A stretch of DNA of 64,000 nt from Verrucomicrobiaceae bacterium (GTDB taxonomy: Bacteria > Verrucomicrobiota > Verrucomicrobiia > Verrucomicrobiales > Akkermansiaceae), in contig JBPOGH010000003.1 in the NCBI GenBank assembly GCA_051252135.1, positions 160,001 to 224,000 on the forward strand, written 5' to 3'. The notes below the pieces were generated by a model that was not told the DNA's origin, made no database searches, and was given only the letters and a program-made list of their open reading frames with translations. This document shows positions 59,089 to 64,000 of this stretch, in pieces. Numbering within the stretch: the stretch's first letter is position 1; every line of letters begins with the position of its first letter. The translations under genes were made by a program, and so were the position numbers.

Positions 59089-62000
59089 CTATCTCGCAAA
59101 CATCCGAACCGCCTCCTCGCGCTTCAACGGATTGGTAAACCACCTTCCCGCCAAGGGAGGAGCCAAATGAAACAGCTGATGGTCGTCCGCCAGTTGCACC
59201 ACTTGCAAATCCTCAAGCAATTCCGGCACCCCCAACCGGCCCCGGTAAATCGCCCCCACATTGAAATCCCCATCCAACAAAATGGCCATCGGCACCGAAC
59301 TCCTCGGCGTCCGGTCAAAAAGCCTCTTCTGAAACCCGAAGATGTCCTGTAACGACCGCTCCTCAATAAACCCCCAAAGGTAAGGCCACTTCGCCTCATC
59401 CATCATCGAATACGCCGCCGACAAATCAGCCGTCGGGCCCGCCATCCCGTCCACCGAAAGCCCCACAACCTGCAGGCCGACCTTCCCCAATTCCTGCTTC
59501 GCCTTGCCGAGACTTTTTAACTCGGCCTCACAATGCGAACAGCCCGCCGACCACAACACCACCAAGGTCGGCCTTCCACTCTGTTGCAGAACCGACGGCT
59601 TCGCCGCCATGTTGCGATAAGCAATCTTGGGCATCGGCAAACGGGCCGGCAGAAGAATCCGCGCCGCTCCCGAATCCTTCCGGGGCACAAGATCCTCCTC
59701 CTTTAGCACCAGCGGCGTCACCCGCTTCACCTTGGAAGCCCACTCCATCGCTTCTCCACTTCCCTGCTTCAGCAAAAAACGCCCACCCCGCCGAACGCCC
59801 GCAAAACGCTCCCGCTCCCCTCCGGGCCACAGCACTTCCGCCCCCCTCACTTCGTCCTCGTCTCCCAAACCAAAATGCAACCACTTGCTGGATTGCGACA
59901 GAAACAAATCCCCCGCCCGCACCGATCTCACCAAACGCCGACCTTCACCCAACCCTAACAATTCCACCACCGCGCCAATCCCATCGCGATTCGCACCCAC
60001 TCCCTCCAGCCGCAACGCAACCGATTCATTCCCCTCGCTCTGATTGAGCATCACCCGCAAGCGTGGAGCCGTCCGATTCCGATACCACAAATCCAAATCC
60101 CCATCCTGATCCCAGTCCACCAACGCCAACCCCCGTCCATCATCCGCGTGATCCAAGCCACTCAATCCGGACACCTCGGCAAACGCCCCCCCTCCTTCAT
60201 TCAGGAAAAAACGATTCCGCTCTCCCCCGCTCCACGAATGCCCGTCGCGCACCAACTCCATCAAATCACCCCACCCCTGCGCGTAAATCCCGACCTGTTC
60301 CTGCTGCGAAACATCCACGGGAGAAGGCGACACGACCTGCCGCCAAAAGAAACTTCACAAGTCATCATCACGCGTGTTCGTCAGATAACCATTGGCCACC
60401 ACCAGGTCCTGCCAGCCATCATTGTTCAAATCCGCAAACGCCGAGCTCCAGGCCCACCCGCCTCCCGTCACTCCCGCCGCCAAACTGTCATCCCGAAAGC
60501 CCATCCCCTTTCCCGCAAACAAACTATTCCCGCGCGCCATCCGCTGCAGCCCGTCCTCAAAATTCCGCTGACCGCCCACCCGACTTCCGGCTGCCGAAAA
60601 CATATTCCCCACGTAAAGATCCGCCGCCCCGTCCCGATTAAAATCACCCCACGAAACCGACATCCCCGCCGCCATATCCTCAACCCCCGCTTCCTCCGCC
60701 ACGTTCGTAAAACGCCCCCCGTCATTGCGATAAAAACAGTTCCGCCCAAAATCATTCGCCACATAAAGATCCGGATCCCCGTCCCGATCCACATCCTCCC
60801 ACGACGCCGCAAAGCTCCACCGCGTGTTGTCCGCATCCAGCCCCGCCCGCGCCGTCACGTCCCCAAAACGAAACCCGCCCAGGTTCGCCAACAGAACATT
60901 GCGCCCCCCGTTCTCGGCATCATTGAATGGAATCGGCGACCTCGCCTCAAACCCCCGCTTCCCCGCACCCGACTCATCCGCCGCTCCATAAACACACGCG
61001 TAAATGTCCAGATCCCCGTCACTGTCAAAGTCCGCCGCACTCAGCGAAAAAGGATAAGGCGCCCCGGGGAATCCTCCTCGCAGCACAAACTTCTCCCCTC
61101 CCTCGTTTTCCGCAAAGGCGATCATCGCAATCGTCGCCACCACTAAATCCTGATCCCCGTCGTTGTCCAAATCCACCAGCAGCGCCCCGCGTGAATCCTC
61201 CAGCCAATCCACCCCCCAAGCCGCTGCCACTTCCCGCGCCGTCCCGTCCGCTTGCTGCACGTAGAGCTGATTCGGCAGGCTCCCCCCGTCACAAACATAC
61301 ACATCCTCCAGCCCATCCCCATTCACATCCCCCACCGCAATCCCATGATGCCCCGTCATCGACAAATCCCCGATCCGCGTAATGCGCTGCGCCCAAAATT
61401 CCATCCCCCGCATCACTTGCAGCTGAAATCGCGAAGAGTCTCCCAACACCGCACACGTCACATCGGCAAACCGCGGCCCCTCGTAACGCAACGTCTTCTT
61501 CTCCAACGCCCGAACGCCCAGCAAAGTCAACGGACGCCCCCCCAACCACTCACAAATCCAAATCGCGGAATGCTCAAAGTCCTCACCCTCGGACTCCACC
61601 TTCACCCGCGTGGTCCAGCGACCCTCCCCTCGATCAACATCGACAATTTTCACCTGCACCTCACCCAACAAACGTCGCAGCTCCAGCAACTCCCCCGCCG
61701 TCGTCACCACCCCGGCCTCATCCCCGGGGCCCAGCCCATCAGCCCGAAAACCCTCCGCCAAAAACCCGGCCACGTCCGTCTCATCCGCCGCCCGCAACAA
61801 GCCCTTCAGCCGCGTCAACGCCTCATCCGCCACCACTTCCTCTTCCCATCCCTCGCCGGGAACCGACGTCAACCCCGACCCCGCTTCGCCCACCTCAACC
61901 CTCGTCACGCTCCCCTCCTTCTTCCCCGTTGCCGGCAGCCGATCACTCCGCTCCATCTCCTTCAACCTCAACGGAATCAGCTCATCCCGCACCTCAAGAT

Positions 62001-62118
62001 CCTGCCCCAAACAAACCGCCAAGCCCAACCCGCCCAGACAAGCCATCGCGGCGCTCTGGAATCGATTCTGCCAGCGACCAATCACCATTTCACAACATAG
62101 AATCTCCCCTCCCCCCAC
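59089..62118 (-). CDS. FG-GAP/VCBS repeat, ASPIC-UnbV and redoxin-domain protein with in-frame UGA at 60355-60357 (candidate selenoprotein)
   Basis: ORFs 60355-62118 and 59089-60333 share a frame: VANGYLTNTRDDDL*SFFWRQVVSPSP; DxDxDG repeats continue past the stop; NRDGIGA, FLSQSS.WLHFGLG; WSAGCSHC; start may be 62088 or 62046. Confidence 0.8.
60326..60344 (-). promoter_or_regulatory. Candidate bacterial SECIS element
   Basis: On the minus strand: UGA, 10 nt, GGCGGCA-GGUCG-UGUCGCC (7-bp stem, one G-U). Confidence 0.65.
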
Positions 62119-62200
62119 AAGCGAAAAACCAGACGCCCCCTCCCCATTTTCACAAAATGTGACATTGCCCGCAGCAAACCGCGATCAGGAGAGTAAGCCC

Positions 62201-63391
62201 ATGAAACCACTCCTCATCCTCACGTCCTGCCTCCTCATCCTCTCCCACTGCGCCCTCGCCCAATCCCGCGGACTCTGGTTCTGGGGAACCACCACCCTCC
62301 CCGATGCCACCGATAGCCCCTACGGCTCCGCCTACGTCGTCGGCGATCCCGTTCTCGAAGACGAAAGCGTCAATTTCTTCAACGATCACAGCGTCACACG
62401 CATCTACGGCTCCTACCAAAACCGACCCGTCTCCGAGCCCGGAGTCATCGCCGACTGGAACGCCAAGCTCGACGCCGCAAGCATCGAATCCCAAATCCTC
62501 TTCGATGGCTACCAGGTCAACGACCCCATCTGGATCGCCAACCTCCTCAATAAAATCACCAACCGCGTCATCACTTTCAACTCCGCCCCCGGCCGACTCG
62601 ACTCCGAAAAATTCGACGCCGTCCACCTCGACCTCGAACCCCAGGGACTCGGCGTCTGGGACTCCGGCACCCCCGCCGACAAACGCCTCCTCCTCGACGA
62701 CCTCTACCAGGCCTACCTCAGCGTCCGCAACCACCTCGACACCGCCGGCTTCACCGACATGCCCATCTACGCCGACCTCCCCTTCTTCTTCGACAAACTC
62801 CCCTGGGACGGCGGCTCCGTCGGCTGGTCCGGCATCCTCGACCGCGACCAATGGTTCTTCGATGTCTATAATCTCGTCGACGGCGTCTCCCTCATGACCT
62901 TTTCAAAAACCACCTTCGCCAGCATCGATGCCGCTATCGACTACGAACGCACCTGGTTCCCCGGCGTCGCCCGCCTCGGCCTCCAGCCCAAAGTCGGCCT
63001 CGGCTCCACCTGGCTCAACCTCTCCGTCTTCAACTCCCGCATGCTCCAGTGCGAAGCCAACTACGGCCCCACCGGATCCACCGATATCGAAAACTACGGC
63101 CTCTGGCGCTACGCCATCGAAAACCCCGGCTACTACCTCGAGGTCGATGAAGTCGTCGTCATCGATCCCCCCGTCATCACCACCGGCACCGGAGCCATCC
63201 ACATCTTCGCCGACCCCGGCTTCCGCTACCTCATCCACACCTCCCCCGATCTCAGAACCTGGACCGAATACCGCACCGTCCGCACCCAATCCACCCACCC
63301 CGAAAAAATAACTGTCCCTTATCAGGCAAAAAACTCATCATGCTTTTTCCAGGTCGAGATCATCTACGACCAGAGCAGCCTCAACCGCTAG
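62201..63391 (+). CDS. Hypothetical secreted protein, possible TIM-barrel glycoside-hydrolase-like
   Basis: Signal peptide from ATG 62201; FDAVHLDLEP, DGVSLMTF; C-terminal YLIHTSPDLRTW...FFQV domain. Confidence 0.78.
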   Translation: MKPLLILTSCLLILSHCALAQSRGLWFWGTTTLPDATDSPYGSAYVVGDPVLEDESVNFFNDHSVTRIYGSYQNRPVSEPGVIADWNAKLDAASIESQILFDGYQVNDPIWIANLLNKITNRVITFNSAPGRLDSEKFDAVHLDLEPQGLGVWDSGTPADKRLLLDDLYQAYLSVRNHLDTAGFTDMPIYADLPFFFDKLPWDGGSVGWSGILDRDQWFFDVYNLVDGVSLMTFSKTTFASIDAAIDYERTWFPGVARLGLQPKVGLGSTWLNLSVFNSRMLQCEANYGPTGSTDIENYGLWRYAIENPGYYLEVDEVVVIDPPVITTGTGAIHIFADPGFRYLIHTSPDLRTWTEYRTVRTQSTHPEKITVPYQAKNSSCFFQVEIIYDQSSLNR

Positions 63392-63406
63392 CTCGCCCCC
63401 CTCTCC

Positions 63407-63550
63407 TTGCCCCGCAGGCAATCCAGAATAAAGCCCGCGCTGTTCCGACAGCGCGGGTTTTTTCCATCCCCCAATTCGCAAATGAGCTGAAGGCTCAAGA
63501 GAACAAAGCCTGGGACTTCAGTCCCAGGAACCACCCGTCTGCCCGAAGAC
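63407..63550 (+). repeat. Two tandem REP-like multi-hairpin elements, the first doubling as terminator
   Basis: TTGCC-CGCA-GGCAA, AAAG+CCCGCGCTGT-TCCG-ACAGCGCGGG+T-tract; TGAGCT-GAA-GGCTCA, AAAG+CCTGGGAC-TTCA-GTCCCAGG. Confidence 0.7.
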
Positions 63551-63579
63551 GCACTTCTCAGATCATCGCTTCGCGATGA

Positions 63580-63984
63580 TTACCCCAGCGGCACCGCCTC
63601 AGCCGCCGCAAGCACCTCCTCATCCAGATAAGCCTCCTCCACAATCTCCTGACACCACGGATTCGTCTTCCCCAGATACTGCAACACCCGCACCACCATC
63701 ACCTGCTGAAGCGGCTGGTCTGTCCAAATCAACTCTCCCAAATGCCGCCACTCATCCGCTTGAAAAAGCGACGGCTTCTCCAGCGCCGCGATCACCTCAT
63801 CGCTCAGCATGAGACACCGCTCAAAATCCGGCTCCTTCGGCACCGGCGGCACTTCATAAATCCGCAACGGCACGCCTGACTTCAGGCTCAGCTCACACGT
63901 CGATTTCGCCCGCCGCGCCAAATCCTTTCCAAAGGAATTCAGCAGCGCCAGACGCTCCTGGTTTTCGTTAAACCCCTTCGCCAT
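63580..63984 (-). CDS. PhnA-like domain protein
   Basis: 134 aa; FGKDLARRAKSTCELS and YEVPPV resemble PhnA-related N-terminal domains. Confidence 0.6.
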   Translation of the reverse strand: MAKGFNENQERLALLNSFGKDLARRAKSTCELSLKSGVPLRIYEVPPVPKEPDFERCLMLSDEVIAALEKPSLFQADEWRHLGELIWTDQPLQQVMVVRVLQYLGKTNPWCQEIVEEAYLDEEVLAAAEAVPLG

Positions 63985-64000
63985 GATTTAAAAAGGCGAC

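Noticed and set aside
54797..60357. Genome-wide UGA reassignment (genetic code 4 or 25)
   Set aside because: UGA ends several conserved genes at their expected termini (troB, ATGA overlaps at 4325, 29794, 44201) and TGG is used for Trp
79..63812. Many long overlapping ORFs rich in Ser/Pro/Thr, Arg/His/Pro or Gly/Glu/Val/Asp (e.g. 1032-1787, 2919-3914, 8994-10385, 22861-24147, 55729-56952)
   Set aside because: Shadow frames caused by high GC and strong third-position skew; each overlaps a gene with clear family motifs

Overview
Bacterial chromosomal DNA, most likely Verrucomicrobiota: PEP-CTERM proteins, a DUF1549/1553-DUF1501 pair and a PVC-type heme protein occur together with an ftsZ gene. 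About 45 genes are supportable: a TroABCD/YtgABCD-like metal ABC operon whose first permease is fused to a DtxR-like domain, tdh-kbl, a GlcD-like FAD oxidase, dus, VKOR-DsbA, a sodium:solute symporter, ribF, ftsZ, a Fur/PerR-sufCBD operon with a perfect Per-like box, carB and many secreted proteins. No rRNA, tRNA or CRISPR array was recognised. The main unexplained structures are: (1) two genes split in the ORF track that are single reading frames interrupted by an in-frame UGA, each followed by a hairpin with a GGUC loop (candidate selenoproteins at 54068-55723 and 59089-62118); (2) a lone IS200-type HUH (Y1) transposase inside a direct array of ~124-bp three-hairpin repeats, with an orphan copy and sequence-divergent look-alikes elsewhere; (3) strand-polarised intergenic arrays in which a constant CAACCAAGC motif separates short modules drawn from a shared library; (4) a strong C-over-G skew on the + strand that ignores gene direction. 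Product calls come from motif recognition by eye, not database searches.
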